Below, piece after piece: positions 17,841-28,298 of a DNA stretch of 64,000 nt. The notes below the pieces were generated by a model. The model searched no databases, was not told the DNA's origin, and saw nothing but the letters and a program-made list of their open reading frames with translations. Source of the stretch: Fidelibacterota bacterium (GTDB lineage Bacteria; Fidelibacterota; Marinisomatia; Marinisomatales; UBA2128). The stretch is from the NCBI GenBank assembly GCA_046861645.1, contig JBHHUM010000001.1, forward strand, positions 27,379 through 91,378. Reading direction: 5' to 3'. Positions within the stretch are counted from its first letter, which is position 1; each line of letters opens with the position of its first letter. A program made the translations under genes and the position numbers.

Positions 17841-19208
17841 ATGGCCAATGAACAGGTTCAATCTGAATTAAGAATTCCACCACAGGCTCTTGAAGCGGAA
17901 GAAGCTGTCCTCGGGGCGATGTTGACTTCAAAAGATGCTGTAGGTAGGGCTATGGAGATATTGACAGCGGAAAATTTTTATAAAGAAGCCCATGTGAAAA
18001 TATTCCGGGCGATGGAAGATATATTTAATTCAGGTGATCCGGTCGATTCCATCTCTCTTATTAACGAACTGAAGAAACGTAAGGAACTCGATGCCTGTGG
18101 AGGGTCTTATTATATCACCGGTTTGGCAGAGAGTGTTCCTACTTCTGCTAATACAGAGCACTACGCCAAGATAGTACTGGAAAAAGCTAGCTTAAGACGA
18201 CTGATTGAAGTGGCTGCTACTTTATCTCAGGATGCGTATCGAGATCAGGTTGATGTAGATGATATTCTCGATAGGGCAGAGCAAAGAATCTTTTCCATTT
18301 CCCAGAACCGCCTTAGAGGTGGATTTTTGCAACTGAATCCTGTTTTGCAGCAAACATTTGAAGAGTTGGATAGAATCCATCAAAAGCCCGGGACAGTGAC
18401 TGGAATTCCCTCCGGATTGATAGATCTTGATGAAATCACCAGTGGCTTTCAGAATAGTGAATTGATCATAGTTGCTGGTCGCCCAGGAATGGGGAAAACT
18501 GCCCTGGCGCTCACCTTTGCGCGTAATGCTGCTGTTGATTATGGAGTACCTTCAGGGGTTTTCAGCCTGGAAATGTCCAATCAACAGTTAGCCTTGAGGT
18601 TGTTGTGCTCAGAGGCCAGGGTAGACAGTCATCTCGTTCGCACAGGAAGGTTGCCTAAGGATCAGTGGAAAAATCTCTCCTTCTCCGTGGGTACTTTAGC
18701 CGATGCGCCCATATATCTGGATGATACTCCGGCAATGGGCATAACGGAATTGAGAGCTAAAGCGAGGCGTTTGAAGGCTGAGAAGGATGTACAGATGATT
18801 ATTGTCGACTATCTTCAACTTATGAAAGGACCGGCTCGTATAGAAAACCGCCAACAGGAAATCTCAACTATTTCCCGATCACTGAAAGCTTTGGCAAAAG
18901 AAATAAATGTTCCGGTGCTTGCTGTCTCTCAGCTCTCCCGTGCAGTGGAAGCTAGAAGTGATCATCGTCCTCAACTGGCTGATTTGCGAGAAAGTGGTGC
19001 AATCGAACAGGATGCAGATTTGGTGATGTTCCTTTATCGAAAGTGGATGTATTCTCGTGATGAAGAAGATAGAGGTTTAGCCGATATTATTGTTGCCAAA
19101 CAGAGAAACGGTCCAACTCGAACAATTCAAGCCACTTTTGTAGATAAGTACGCCAAGTTCGAGAGCAAGGCAAGACTTGAGGAGGCAACTGCTGAAGTAC
19201 CCTTTTAA
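17841..19208 (+). CDS. dnaB: Replicative DNA helicase DnaB
   Basis: IPPQALEAEEAVLGAML, Walker A AGRPGMGKTALAL, IVDYLQLM and SQLSRAVE are present. At 455 aa there is no intein. Confidence 0.97.
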   Translation: MANEQVQSELRIPPQALEAEEAVLGAMLTSKDAVGRAMEILTAENFYKEAHVKIFRAMEDIFNSGDPVDSISLINELKKRKELDACGGSYYITGLAESVPTSANTEHYAKIVLEKASLRRLIEVAATLSQDAYRDQVDVDDILDRAEQRIFSISQNRLRGGFLQLNPVLQQTFEELDRIHQKPGTVTGIPSGLIDLDEITSGFQNSELIIVAGRPGMGKTALALTFARNAAVDYGVPSGVFSLEMSNQQLALRLLCSEARVDSHLVRTGRLPKDQWKNLSFSVGTLADAPIYLDDTPAMGITELRAKARRLKAEKDVQMIIVDYLQLMKGPARIENRQQEISTISRSLKALAKEINVPVLAVSQLSRAVEARSDHRPQLADLRESGAIEQDADLVMFLYRKWMYSRDEEDRGLADIIVAKQRNGPTRTIQATFVDKYAKFESKARLEEATAEVPF

Positions 19209-21394
19209 TGAAAATCGCTAGCCTTATACCAACTGTCACAGGAGCTTATCCTAAGGATTTCACATTACTTGTAGATCTTGTAACGGGGAATGGTAGAGCG
19301 TCGAAAGAAGATATTACAGATTTTTTTTGGAAAGCCTATCAATATAGTCAATCTAAACATGAAGGACAAAGTCGAGAATCGGGGAAGCCTTATTTTGGTC
19401 ACTGTTATGCTGTAGCTAAGTTATTGGCCGAATGGCAAATGGACACAGCAACCATCATTTCCGGTATTCTTCATGACAGTTTAGAAGATACTGAGGCAAC
19501 TTACGACGAACTGGTCGAAATGTTTGGACTTGATGTTGCCGATCTTGTTGATGGAGTGACAAAGTTGGCTGACGTTCGCTTCAGTAGTCGAAAACAGGAG
19601 CAAGCAGAGAACCTGATGAAAATGCTATTATCCATGGCCAGGGATATTCGGGTTATTATCATAAAATTCGCCGATCGCTACCACAATATGATGACTATCG
19701 AACATCTACCTCTCAGGAGACAACACCGCATCGCCATAGAGACGAGAGACGTTTACTCTCCTCTGGCACACCGCTTGGGGATGCATCAGGTAAAGAGCCA
19801 GTTGGATGACTTAGTTCTTAAAACTCTTGAACCCGATTTATTTAAGGAAATCAGAAAGAGCTTGAAATCTACATTTGGGTACCGACAAAAGTATGTTCGT
19901 GAAATAACTTTACCTTTGAAAGAACAATTACAAAAATTAGGGGTAGAATATTCGGTAAGTAGTCGACTTAAGTCCTACTCTTCTATTGCGGGAAAGATGA
20001 AAAAAAGCCAAAAACCTTTGAATGAGCTTTACGATATTTACGCTATCAGAGTTATAGTTCAGGATATTCCAGCTTGTTATACTGTTCTTGGTACAATCCA
20101 TCAACTCTTTACTCCCGTTCATGAACGATTCAAAGATTTTATTGCTACACCTAAAATTAATGGGTACCAATCATTACATACCACAGTTGTGGGATCCTCA
20201 GGTCGAATGGTGGAAATACAAATTCGTACTCAGGAAATGGATAGAACTGCAGAAATAGGGGTTGCTGCTCATTGGCGTTATAAAGAAAACGAAAAAAGCG
20301 ATGGTGATTTGGATAGGCATATTAATTGGTTACGGGATTTGGTAGCCATTCTTCAGGATGAATCTTCTAATCCAGCAGAATTTATGAATCTTCTCCAGAT
20401 TGATCTTTTTCAGGATGAAGTATTTTGTTTTACTCCAGCTGGCGATCTAATTCAGCTTCCGGTCAATTCTACACCAATTGATTTTGCATATGCTGTCCAC
20501 ACCGAAGTAGGAAACCATTGTCTTAGCGCCAAGGTTAACGGTAAGATAGTACCCCTCAATACTTCTTTACAGAGTGGACAGACCATAGAGATAATCACTT
20601 CTGATTCTCAATCTCCAAGTTACGGTTGGCTAAAGGTTGTACGAACGAGCAAAGCACGTACATCTATCCGTCGTTGGATTCATAAAGTGGAACGTGAGGA
20701 AAGTATTAAATTAGGACGGGAAATTCTCGATAAAACACTCCGTCGTTTGAAATTGACTCACTTGATTAAGGAGATAAAGAAAGCCCCTCCAGCTACGGGA
20801 TATGGTGATGAGGAATCCATCATGGCGGCTATCGGAGCAGGTCAGATTACAGTTCGAGATCTCATCCTGAAAATATCTCCAGAAACTGAAGAATCAGGGC
20901 TTAATGAGATTGATGAAAAGGAGCGTTTCTTATCTGCTGCTCGTAGAACTGTTAAAGGAGTTCGCGTTCATGGAATTGACAATATTATGATGAATTTTGG
21001 TAAGTGTTGTAATCCTATTCCAGGAGATGATATTATTGGTTTTGTGACCCGGGGTAGAGGTGTAACAGTTCATCGTCTGGCGTGTAAAAATCTTCCCGTC
21101 ATGAGTGAGGATTTGGACAGGATCTTAGAAGTGGAGTGGAATGTTAGTCGTAAAGAGGAATTTTTAGTAAGACTAAAGGTAGTTGCTGAGGATCGGAAAG
21201 GATATCTCAAAGATTTAACAGAAGCTATCTCGGGATTAAATATCAATATCACGAGTGTAGACATCAAAGTGGATGAAAGCGGTGTAGCAAACTGCTTCTT
21301 GGTTGTGACTGTACCTAATCTGCGCCGGTTGAATTCGGTACTGCGACGGATTGGTGAGGTCACAGGAACAATATACTCAGAAAGGGCATCTTAA
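19208..21394 (+). CDS. relA: Bifunctional (p)ppGpp synthetase/hydrolase (RelA/SpoT homolog)
   Basis: It has the HD hydrolase domain (GILHDSLEDT), a synthetase domain (YRSLHTTV-like: GYQSLHTTVVG, IQIRTQEMD), and TGS and ACT-like C-terminal domains. Confidence 0.95.
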   Translation: MKIASLIPTVTGAYPKDFTLLVDLVTGNGRASKEDITDFFWKAYQYSQSKHEGQSRESGKPYFGHCYAVAKLLAEWQMDTATIISGILHDSLEDTEATYDELVEMFGLDVADLVDGVTKLADVRFSSRKQEQAENLMKMLLSMARDIRVIIIKFADRYHNMMTIEHLPLRRQHRIAIETRDVYSPLAHRLGMHQVKSQLDDLVLKTLEPDLFKEIRKSLKSTFGYRQKYVREITLPLKEQLQKLGVEYSVSSRLKSYSSIAGKMKKSQKPLNELYDIYAIRVIVQDIPACYTVLGTIHQLFTPVHERFKDFIATPKINGYQSLHTTVVGSSGRMVEIQIRTQEMDRTAEIGVAAHWRYKENEKSDGDLDRHINWLRDLVAILQDESSNPAEFMNLLQIDLFQDEVFCFTPAGDLIQLPVNSTPIDFAYAVHTEVGNHCLSAKVNGKIVPLNTSLQSGQTIEIITSDSQSPSYGWLKVVRTSKARTSIRRWIHKVEREESIKLGREILDKTLRRLKLTHLIKEIKKAPPATGYGDEESIMAAIGAGQITVRDLILKISPETEESGLNEIDEKERFLSAARRTVKGVRVHGIDNIMMNFGKCCNPIPGDDIIGFVTRGRGVTVHRLACKNLPVMSEDLDRILEVEWNVSRKEEFLVRLKVVAEDRKGYLKDLTEAISGLNINITSVDIKVDESGVANCFLVVTVPNLRRLNSVLRRIGEVTGTIYSERAS

Positions 21395-21395
21395 A

Positions 21396-21701
21396 ATGAG
21401 CACAAAATACACAAAAAAAGATATTTCAAAAGAAGTCGCATCAAGAATGGGAAAAAGTTTTCTTGAATCTCATTCCCTGGTTTCGGAAGTATTCAATATT
21501 ATCCAGGAAATGCTTTCCGGGGATGATCACAATATTCGCATCGAAGTCAGGGGATTTGGTACTCTTCAAGTTAAGCCGACCAAGGCAAAACCTCGAGCTC
21601 GTAATCCTCGGACCAACGAAGAAGTTTTCGTACCTCCTCACCGGAAGACCCATTTTAAACCCGGCCGAATCCTGAAAGAAAAACTTTCTCGACCCATTTA
21701 G
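21396..21701 (+). CDS. HU/IHF-family DNA-binding protein
   Basis: RIEVRGFGTLQVKPTKAKPRARNPRTNEEVFVPPHRKTHFKPG is the HU/IHF beta-arm signature. ATG 21396 is preferred over the ORF-track start 21351, which overlaps relA. Confidence 0.85.
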   Translation: MSTKYTKKDISKEVASRMGKSFLESHSLVSEVFNIIQEMLSGDDHNIRIEVRGFGTLQVKPTKAKPRARNPRTNEEVFVPPHRKTHFKPGRILKEKLSRPI

Positions 21702-21715
21702 TTCTGTCCCTAAAC

Positions 21716-22129
21716 ATGGGTAGGATCCTTGGAATCGATTACGGCTCCAAACGAGTAGGTCTGGCTATTTCTGATGCCAACCAGACAATCGCTTCTCCGT
21801 ATATTACAATTTCAACCAGTGATCTAAATGAATTATTAAGAGAACTGGCTGGGATTGTGGAAGCTGAAGAAGTGAAACAGATTGTGATTGGGTTGCCAAT
21901 TGGACTCAAGGGTGGTCATACTGAACAGACTAACGAAATTATTTCCTTTACTGATACCATTCGAAAACAGTTTGCTGTGAAAGTGATAAATTTCGATGAG
22001 AGGCTAACTTCAATTCAAGCCAAACGGGCCCTTATGTCAGTAGGAAAAAAGCCAAGTCTGGAACGGGATTTAGTGAATAAAACTGCTGCTGCTATTATGC
22101 TACAGGCATTTCTCGACAGCAGAAAATGA
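21716..22129 (+). CDS. ruvX: Putative pre-16S rRNA nuclease / Holliday junction resolvase-like YqgF (RuvX)
   Basis: ILGIDYGSKRVGLAISD and DERLTS motifs are present, and the product is 137 aa. Confidence 0.9.
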   Translation: MGRILGIDYGSKRVGLAISDANQTIASPYITISTSDLNELLRELAGIVEAEEVKQIVIGLPIGLKGGHTEQTNEIISFTDTIRKQFAVKVINFDERLTSIQAKRALMSVGKKPSLERDLVNKTAAAIMLQAFLDSRK

Positions 22130-23634
22130 ACGTCTTCCTGCCCTTATTAAAGAGACCATACTGGCAATTAGCAGTTGCATCGGGTGTTCTAACAGGACTT
22201 TCTTATCCGCCCTTTAAACTGGGTGTACTGGCCTATATAGGATTCATTCCTTTTATAGAAATTATCACTTCAGCTCCCCCAGGAAAGGCGTCTCGCTGGG
22301 GATTAATTACTGGCTTAATTTCCAATACCATCGTTCTATATTGGTTGGCTTTTAACTCTGGGGCAACATTCTGGGTAGTCTTTTTATCTCTATTAGGTGC
22401 TGTAATTTACTTATCGTTTTATTGGTTTCTTTTTTCAGCTATTATCTCGTGGTTCCATTCTCGCACTGGAAAGGGTTTATTACTCATTCCCTTTCTATGG
22501 GTTACCATGGAATTATGCCAATCATTTGGACTGTTGGCTTTCCCCTGGATCTCACTGGCTACCACACAGGCAGACTATTTACCACCTATTCAAATAGTAG
22601 AATTTACAGGAATTTATGGGATATCATTCTGGATCATCCTTTTAAATACTCTACTGTACCAAATGTTTCGAGCACCCGCCCCTTTGTACCCTCGATTGCA
22701 AAAGTGGGCGGCTGTTATTCTTGTCCTGCCCTGGCTTTATGGGTATAGCAGGCTGGTTACTCTTCCGAAAGATAATAATGGTGAGGAAAAAATTACAATC
22801 GCTGTCGTGCAACCCAATATGGGTCCTCATGATAAGTGGGATAGTACCAAGCGTCAATGGGTTTTTGATGTTTTAGATTCCCTATATGTTCAGGCTGCTC
22901 AAGAGGGAATTGACATGGTGGTTTGGCCAGAAAGTGCCGTTCCTACTTATCTACGGAGTGATCGCTATAGACGAAGACGTATTCAACAAAGAGTTACAGA
23001 ATATGATACTCCTCTTTTCACTGGTGCTTTAGACTATAGTAGAAAAGAAGGGTATCTGGAACACTATAATAGCATATTCATGTTTTCAACTGATGGAAAT
23101 ATTGTTTCGTATGATAAGATTCATCTTGTACCTATGGCAGAATACAATCCCCTTGATGCTAAAGTATCTTTGACCGAGAATTTGAGTTTTGGTCAATTTA
23201 ATCCAGGAACACGTTACACAGATTTTTTCCTGGATGATATTCAGTTTGCGGGTGTAATCTGTTATGAGTCCACCTTCCCACGACTCGTTAAGCAGTTGGT
23301 TTCTCAAGGGGCAAAATTTTTAGTTGTGGTGGTGAATGATGGTTGGTTTGGGAATACTTCTGAACCCTATCAACATGCCGCCTTAGCTCGTTTACGGGCG
23401 GTGGAACATCGTATGCCAGTATTGCGTAGTGCGAATACTGGAATTTCTCTTCACATTGATAAGTCAGGGAGGTTTATTTCTAAACTGAATTTAGACGAGA
23501 GAGGGGTGATCTATGCTGGCATTTCTCCAGCTGATGAATTAACCTTCTATGGTCAGAATGGTGATATTTTTGCCTGGATAGCAACCTTATGTACTTGTTT
23601 AGGAGGATTTTTGATTTGGCGCAGAAAACAATAG
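22126..23634 (+). CDS. lnt: Apolipoprotein N-acyltransferase
   Basis: It has an N-terminal polytopic membrane domain plus a CN-hydrolase domain (VVWPESAVP, ICYES..P) and is 502 aa. Confidence 0.9.
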   Translation: MNVFLPLLKRPYWQLAVASGVLTGLSYPPFKLGVLAYIGFIPFIEIITSAPPGKASRWGLITGLISNTIVLYWLAFNSGATFWVVFLSLLGAVIYLSFYWFLFSAIISWFHSRTGKGLLLIPFLWVTMELCQSFGLLAFPWISLATTQADYLPPIQIVEFTGIYGISFWIILLNTLLYQMFRAPAPLYPRLQKWAAVILVLPWLYGYSRLVTLPKDNNGEEKITIAVVQPNMGPHDKWDSTKRQWVFDVLDSLYVQAAQEGIDMVVWPESAVPTYLRSDRYRRRRIQQRVTEYDTPLFTGALDYSRKEGYLEHYNSIFMFSTDGNIVSYDKIHLVPMAEYNPLDAKVSLTENLSFGQFNPGTRYTDFFLDDIQFAGVICYESTFPRLVKQLVSQGAKFLVVVVNDGWFGNTSEPYQHAALARLRAVEHRMPVLRSANTGISLHIDKSGRFISKLNLDERGVIYAGISPADELTFYGQNGDIFAWIATLCTCLGGFLIWRRKQ

Positions 23635-24290
23635 TATTGTTGTACATATTTGCTCTGGTATTTCCTTGCCAAATTGATGCCTCTGGATTTGAAACAGAAA
23701 CCAGCAATTCCTCAGTAAATTTATTTCTATCAACTCAGAGTAGTCAAAATACAGTGCAACGAACTATAGTAAAATCACTTTTACTTCCAGGATTAGGGGA
23801 ATTTTCCATGGGAGAAAATAGACGAGGACGTTTTTTTGTACGAAGTGAACTTGGATTTTGGCTTATCTTGGCTGGAAGTTTGTGGTCAGCTTCCTCTGAT
23901 GACTCTCGATTAAGGGTTTATGCTATTCAATATGCTGGGGCAGATCTTTCTGGAAAAGATGATCGATTCTTTGTTAATATGAGTACTTACGAAAGTATGG
24001 ACACTTACAATGCTTATCAGCAGCGAGCCCGTTCACCTTATGATACTTATTCAACTGCTGCTGGTTATTACTGGTCTTGGGTGAGTGAAAATCATCGACA
24101 GAAATATCGTGATTTCCTCATTCGTCGTGATCAAGCAAAATCTGTAGCATCTTTTTCTTTAGCTGGAATGATTCTGAATCGAATAGTATCTGCTATTGAT
24201 GTAGTCAGCTTAAATAGAAAAGGACTTTTTGAGGCGAACGTTCAACAAACGCCTGAAGGAGCAGAACTGAAATTAATATTCTGTTTTTGA
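23589..24290 (+). CDS. Hypothetical exported/membrane protein
   Basis: It has a signal-like N-terminus (IVLLYIFALVFPCQIDA) and the motif LLLPGLGEFSMGENRRGRFF. I recognise no family with confidence. The start (ATG 23589 or TTG 23616) overlaps the lnt 3' end. Confidence 0.45.
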   Translation: MYLFRRIFDLAQKTIVLLYIFALVFPCQIDASGFETETSNSSVNLFLSTQSSQNTVQRTIVKSLLLPGLGEFSMGENRRGRFFVRSELGFWLILAGSLWSASSDDSRLRVYAIQYAGADLSGKDDRFFVNMSTYESMDTYNAYQQRARSPYDTYSTAAGYYWSWVSENHRQKYRDFLIRRDQAKSVASFSLAGMILNRIVSAIDVVSLNRKGLFEANVQQTPEGAELKLIFCF

Positions 24291-24294
24291 TAAA

Positions 24295-25023
24295 GTGAAA
24301 AAGACCCGGCTGAATCCTCTTACCTGGCTTTTGATAGCGGCTATTATGTTAGTTTTGATCTTTAGTGCTTCTTCTCCCGAACATTTTATCTGGCTTGCGT
24401 TCAGTATGGGTTTGATTGCCTTAATTAACCGACTTTCTTTTTCGACCATAATTCATAGAATAAAACCGTTTATTTTTTACTTACCAGTCATGGTGGTTTT
24501 ATACCTGTTATTGTCAATACTTTTGACGGGAACAGGTGTTATCATGCAATTAAAAGTACTTGTAATGCCAGTGTTAAGGATGATATTTATACTCTTGAGT
24601 ATGGCAGTTTTTCTGGAGCTTGTATCAGCGTCAGAAGTGCTTGATTCGGTAAGGACACTCTGGCGAGTAACCGGGAGGAAATGGCGATGGGTAGAATTTG
24701 CTTTTCAGATGCTATATCTGGTTTTCCGTTTTTTTCCTTTGTTTCGGGATGAATTTAATACCCGAAGAGAGATGGAACAGGCTCTTAGTTTTCATTATGA
24801 AACTGGAAAATTTTCAAACATAACCAGATTAGCGCGATATCTCCCCGCGATAGTTTCTAATATTTTTCACCGGGCTGAGAATCTTGGTCTGGCAATGACA
24901 ATCCGCAGATTCGGTGAAACAGTTCCCCGGGGAATTGCTCTACCAAGATATTTCGGACTGGTTGATATGATTGCTATGGGAGTCATTATTTTAGCGTTTC
25001 TGGGATATAATTCGCTTGCCTAA
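24295..25023 (+). CDS. ecfT: Energy-coupling-factor transporter transmembrane component (EcfT/CbiQ family)
   Basis: It is polytopic, with the C-terminal coupling-helix-like motif HRAENLGLAMTIRRFG. Its adjacency to truA mirrors the ecfA-ecfA'-ecfT-truA synteny known from Firmicutes. It has a GTG start. Confidence 0.6.
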   Translation: MKKTRLNPLTWLLIAAIMLVLIFSASSPEHFIWLAFSMGLIALINRLSFSTIIHRIKPFIFYLPVMVVLYLLLSILLTGTGVIMQLKVLVMPVLRMIFILLSMAVFLELVSASEVLDSVRTLWRVTGRKWRWVEFAFQMLYLVFRFFPLFRDEFNTRREMEQALSFHYETGKFSNITRLARYLPAIVSNIFHRAENLGLAMTIRRFGETVPRGIALPRYFGLVDMIAMGVIILAFLGYNSLA

Positions 25024-25747
25024 CTATTGTATCACTATCGAATATGATGGGAGCGCCTTCGCTGGTTGGCAACTCCAGCCTGAGCAACGTACAATCCAGG
25101 GGGAGTTGGAGTCAGCATTAGCCAGGTTGAATCGTGGAAAACCCACTCGTATTCATGGTGCAGGCAGGACGGATACAGGTGTACATGCCCGGGGACAGGT
25201 TGCTAATTTCATTATTGATCAGAAGTGGGATGAAGAAGAACTACGTAGAGCCATAAATGGCAACGTGGGCCGCGATGTTTATATACATAAATGTCAAAAA
25301 GTAGATGATGATTTTCATGCGCGCTTCAGTGCCCGAAGCCGACGATATTCATATCGCTGTCGAATAAACAATGCTATTTTAGATCGTAATTATGTCTGGC
25401 GTCTAGGATGGCTTCCTGCTGTCGAGATATTACAAGCCTGTGCTGATATAGTTAAAGGTGAACACGATTTTACTTCATTCAGTAAATGGTCATCTGGTGT
25501 AAAAAATAGAAGTTGTATTGTTCAGCAATCGAGGTGGATAAATGACGGGGATTTTGTAACTTATACGATAGAAGCAAACCACTTTCTACAGCATATGATC
25601 AGGTATTTAGTTGGGACGATGATAGAGGTAGCAAAAAAAAAGATTTCTGTTGAGGATTTTCAATTCCTTTTGGAGGAACGTAATCCTCAAGCGAGGATTT
25701 ACAAGGCACCTGCAGAAGGTTTAATTCTCGAAGAAGTGAATTACTGA
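25016..25747 (+). CDS. truA: tRNA pseudouridine(38-40) synthase TruA
   Basis: It has GAGRTDTGVHARGQV with the catalytic Asp, plus the R.YSY motif. Confidence 0.95.
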   Translation: MPNYCITIEYDGSAFAGWQLQPEQRTIQGELESALARLNRGKPTRIHGAGRTDTGVHARGQVANFIIDQKWDEEELRRAINGNVGRDVYIHKCQKVDDDFHARFSARSRRYSYRCRINNAILDRNYVWRLGWLPAVEILQACADIVKGEHDFTSFSKWSSGVKNRSCIVQQSRWINDGDFVTYTIEANHFLQHMIRYLVGTMIEVAKKKISVEDFQFLLEERNPQARIYKAPAEGLILEEVNY

Positions 25748-26850
25748 TGAAAGATAATTTGTCCATCTCTCTTATAGCTTTATTCATGACATTATTTATT
25801 TTGAATGCTCCTGCAGCTGCTGGTTCACTTGATAAAAGTCGTGAAACAGCTATTACACATACCATTGAAAAAGTGGGACCTGCTGTGGCCAGTGTAAATG
25901 TTATCCAGACGGCTGAGTTTAGTAGATCGCCATTTTTCAATGATCCTTTCTTTGAATTTTGGTTTCCGCGAGATATTTATCGCCGTTCAGTCAAAACCTT
26001 TGGCTCCGGAGTCGTTATTAGTCCTGATGGATACATCATTACTAATCAGCATGTAGTTGAAAAAGCACAAGAAATAAAGGTAACTCTTCCCGGAGGATTA
26101 GAATACAAAGCCGAGATTGTTGGTTCGGATCGAAGCAGCGATATTGCTCTTCTAAAGATCGAAGGAAAAGACCTCCCTTATGCGGATCTCGGTAACTCAG
26201 ATGATATCATTATTGGTGAGTGGGTCGTCGCAATGGGAAATCCTTTTGGTTTGGCTGATGTTAACAAACAGCCTACTGCGACGGCAGGGATAGTAAGTTC
26301 AGTAGATCTTAATTTAGGACGGGAGATTGATGGAAGAGTGTACATTGGTATGATTCAAACTGACGCTTCCATAAACCCGGGACATAGCGGTGGTCCTCTA
26401 TGCAATGCCAGAGGAGAAGTCATTGGGATCAATGCTTTTATTTACACTGGAGGTGGTTATTCTGAAGGATCCATTGGTATTGGTTTTGCCATTCCTATCA
26501 ATAGAGCCCGGGAGATCGCCCAGGAACTTAAATTGTACGGCAGAATTGATCGGAGCTTTGCAACTGGACTAAGGGTGCAGAGGGTAGATCGTTATCTAGC
26601 TCAGACTCTTGATTTACCTAAAGTTACCGGGGTTATTATAACCGATGTAGCTGTAGGTAGTAGTTCAGATGATGCCGGGCTTCAAGTGGGAGATGTTATC
26701 CTAAAAGTCAATGGTTTCGCCGTGAATTCCAGACATGATATTCTTAAGATAATTGAAGAAGCTGATCTCCGTTCAGGTGATTCCATTCATATTTCTTTTT
26801 TTCGGGATGGTCTCTATTTTGAGACTGCCGTTACTCTATCGGATGTATAA
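25747..26850 (+). CDS. htrA: S1C-family serine protease with one PDZ domain (HtrA/DegS-like)
   Basis: It has a signal peptide and the catalytic triad contexts ITNQHVV, SDIALLKI and NPGHSGGPL. The C-terminal PDZ region includes GLQVGDVILKVNG. Confidence 0.9.
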   Translation: MKDNLSISLIALFMTLFILNAPAAAGSLDKSRETAITHTIEKVGPAVASVNVIQTAEFSRSPFFNDPFFEFWFPRDIYRRSVKTFGSGVVISPDGYIITNQHVVEKAQEIKVTLPGGLEYKAEIVGSDRSSDIALLKIEGKDLPYADLGNSDDIIIGEWVVAMGNPFGLADVNKQPTATAGIVSSVDLNLGREIDGRVYIGMIQTDASINPGHSGGPLCNARGEVIGINAFIYTGGGYSEGSIGIGFAIPINRAREIAQELKLYGRIDRSFATGLRVQRVDRYLAQTLDLPKVTGVIITDVAVGSSSDDAGLQVGDVILKVNGFAVNSRHDILKIIEEADLRSGDSIHISFFRDGLYFETAVTLSDV

Positions 26851-27513
26851 ATGTTGAATAATAAACTGACATTGTCTCCAGAAGGTGGCCCTTTTGTTGT
26901 CAGTGCCATGGTTGCGGCAATACTCTGTGGATTTTTTGGATGGAGAACCGATCTAACGCCACTACTTTTATTATCAGTCATTTTTGTTACCTTTTCAATT
27001 TTCTGTTTTCATTTTTTCCGTGATCCCAAGAGGATACCTCCAGAAGGAGAAACTCACATCCTTGCACCTGCAGATGGTAAAGTTATCTTCGTTGGAAATA
27101 TTGAGTATGATCCCGACATGCAAACTCCTGCTCGACAAATTTCAATATTTTTATCTCTATTCAATGTACATGCTAATCGAATGCCTGTAACTGGAACCAT
27201 TACTTCCATCAGTTACCGAAAAGGACGTTTCCTGGCTGCTTTCAAAGAGGCAGCATCTAAAGTTAACGAACAGACGGAAATTCATATCATGACTAGAGAA
27301 CACTTGGTAAAGGTCAAGCAGATAGCAGGAATTCTAGCCCGACGAATTCTCTGCTATCTGCAGGAGGGTGATGAAGTATCCTCAGGTTATAGATTTGGTT
27401 TTATTCGATTTGGTTCCAGAACCGACATTGTACTCCCATCGGAAGCATCCATACTGGTTACGGTAGGACAAAAAGTTGTTGGTGGAGAGACAATCATAGG
27501 AGAATTAATGTGA
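26851..27513 (+). CDS. psd: Phosphatidylserine decarboxylase (short, membrane-anchored type)
   Basis: FIRFGSRTDIVLP is the self-cleavage (G-S-T/R) motif. It is 220 aa, has N-terminal TM helices, and is followed by pssA. Confidence 0.85.
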   Translation: MLNNKLTLSPEGGPFVVSAMVAAILCGFFGWRTDLTPLLLLSVIFVTFSIFCFHFFRDPKRIPPEGETHILAPADGKVIFVGNIEYDPDMQTPARQISIFLSLFNVHANRMPVTGTITSISYRKGRFLAAFKEAASKVNEQTEIHIMTREHLVKVKQIAGILARRILCYLQEGDEVSSGYRFGFIRFGSRTDIVLPSEASILVTVGQKVVGGETIIGELM

Positions 27514-28259
27514 AGAGACGTATCAGAATCAGGAAAAATGTTATTCCCAGCATATTTACTTTAGTAAACCTATTTTTTGGTCTTTTAGCTATCCTGACAG
27601 CTGCCCAGGGGCAGTTCCAAAAGGCAGCCTGGCTTATCATTGCGGCAGCACTATTTGACGGTTTGGATGGAAAATTAGCCCGATTATTCAAGGTTCCCAG
27701 TCGATTTGGAATGGAATTTGACTCTATTGCCGATATGGTTTCCTTTTGTACAGCAACGGCAGTGTTGGTCTATTTTGCCTATCTTCATAATCTCCCGCCC
27801 CTAGTTGCAACAATCATCAGTTTTGTACCTCTTCTGGCAGGTGGTATTCGATTGGCTCGTTTTAATGTTTCCAGCGACGATTTTCCACTGCCATTTTTTA
27901 TTGGTCTTCCAACACCCGCTGCGGCGATAGTCATCTCCTCCTTTGTTCTTTTCAACAATGCGGTCACAGGTCATGTTGGAGATCCCCGTATCGCTCTTTC
28001 ACTGATGTTTGGTCTGGCATTATTGATGATTAGTCATATCCGTTATGGAAAGATTCCGGATTTAGGTGTGGGTAAAAAATCAATTCTTAAAATGACATTC
28101 ATTCTTATTTTGGTGATTACCGTAGTGATCTGGCGAGAATACGCTGTTTTCCCTGGAGCTGTACTCTATGTTATCTGGGGGTTAGTTAACGCCATGACAC
28201 AACGGGATGAAATTGAAGTACAACTTGAGATAAACGAAGATACCAGACACGAATTGTAA
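27510..28259 (+). CDS. pssA: CDP-diacylglycerol--serine O-phosphatidyltransferase
   Basis: It has the CDP-alcohol phosphatidyltransferase motif DGLDGKLAR....G.EFDSIAD, and the protein is polytopic. Confidence 0.9.
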   Translation: MKRRIRIRKNVIPSIFTLVNLFFGLLAILTAAQGQFQKAAWLIIAAALFDGLDGKLARLFKVPSRFGMEFDSIADMVSFCTATAVLVYFAYLHNLPPLVATIISFVPLLAGGIRLARFNVSSDDFPLPFFIGLPTPAAAIVISSFVLFNNAVTGHVGDPRIALSLMFGLALLMISHIRYGKIPDLGVGKKSILKMTFILILVITVVIWREYAVFPGAVLYVIWGLVNAMTQRDEIEVQLEINEDTRHEL

Positions 28260-28298
28260 ATATGAAGTACATTTACAATTTCCAGGTAAAAGAATTTC

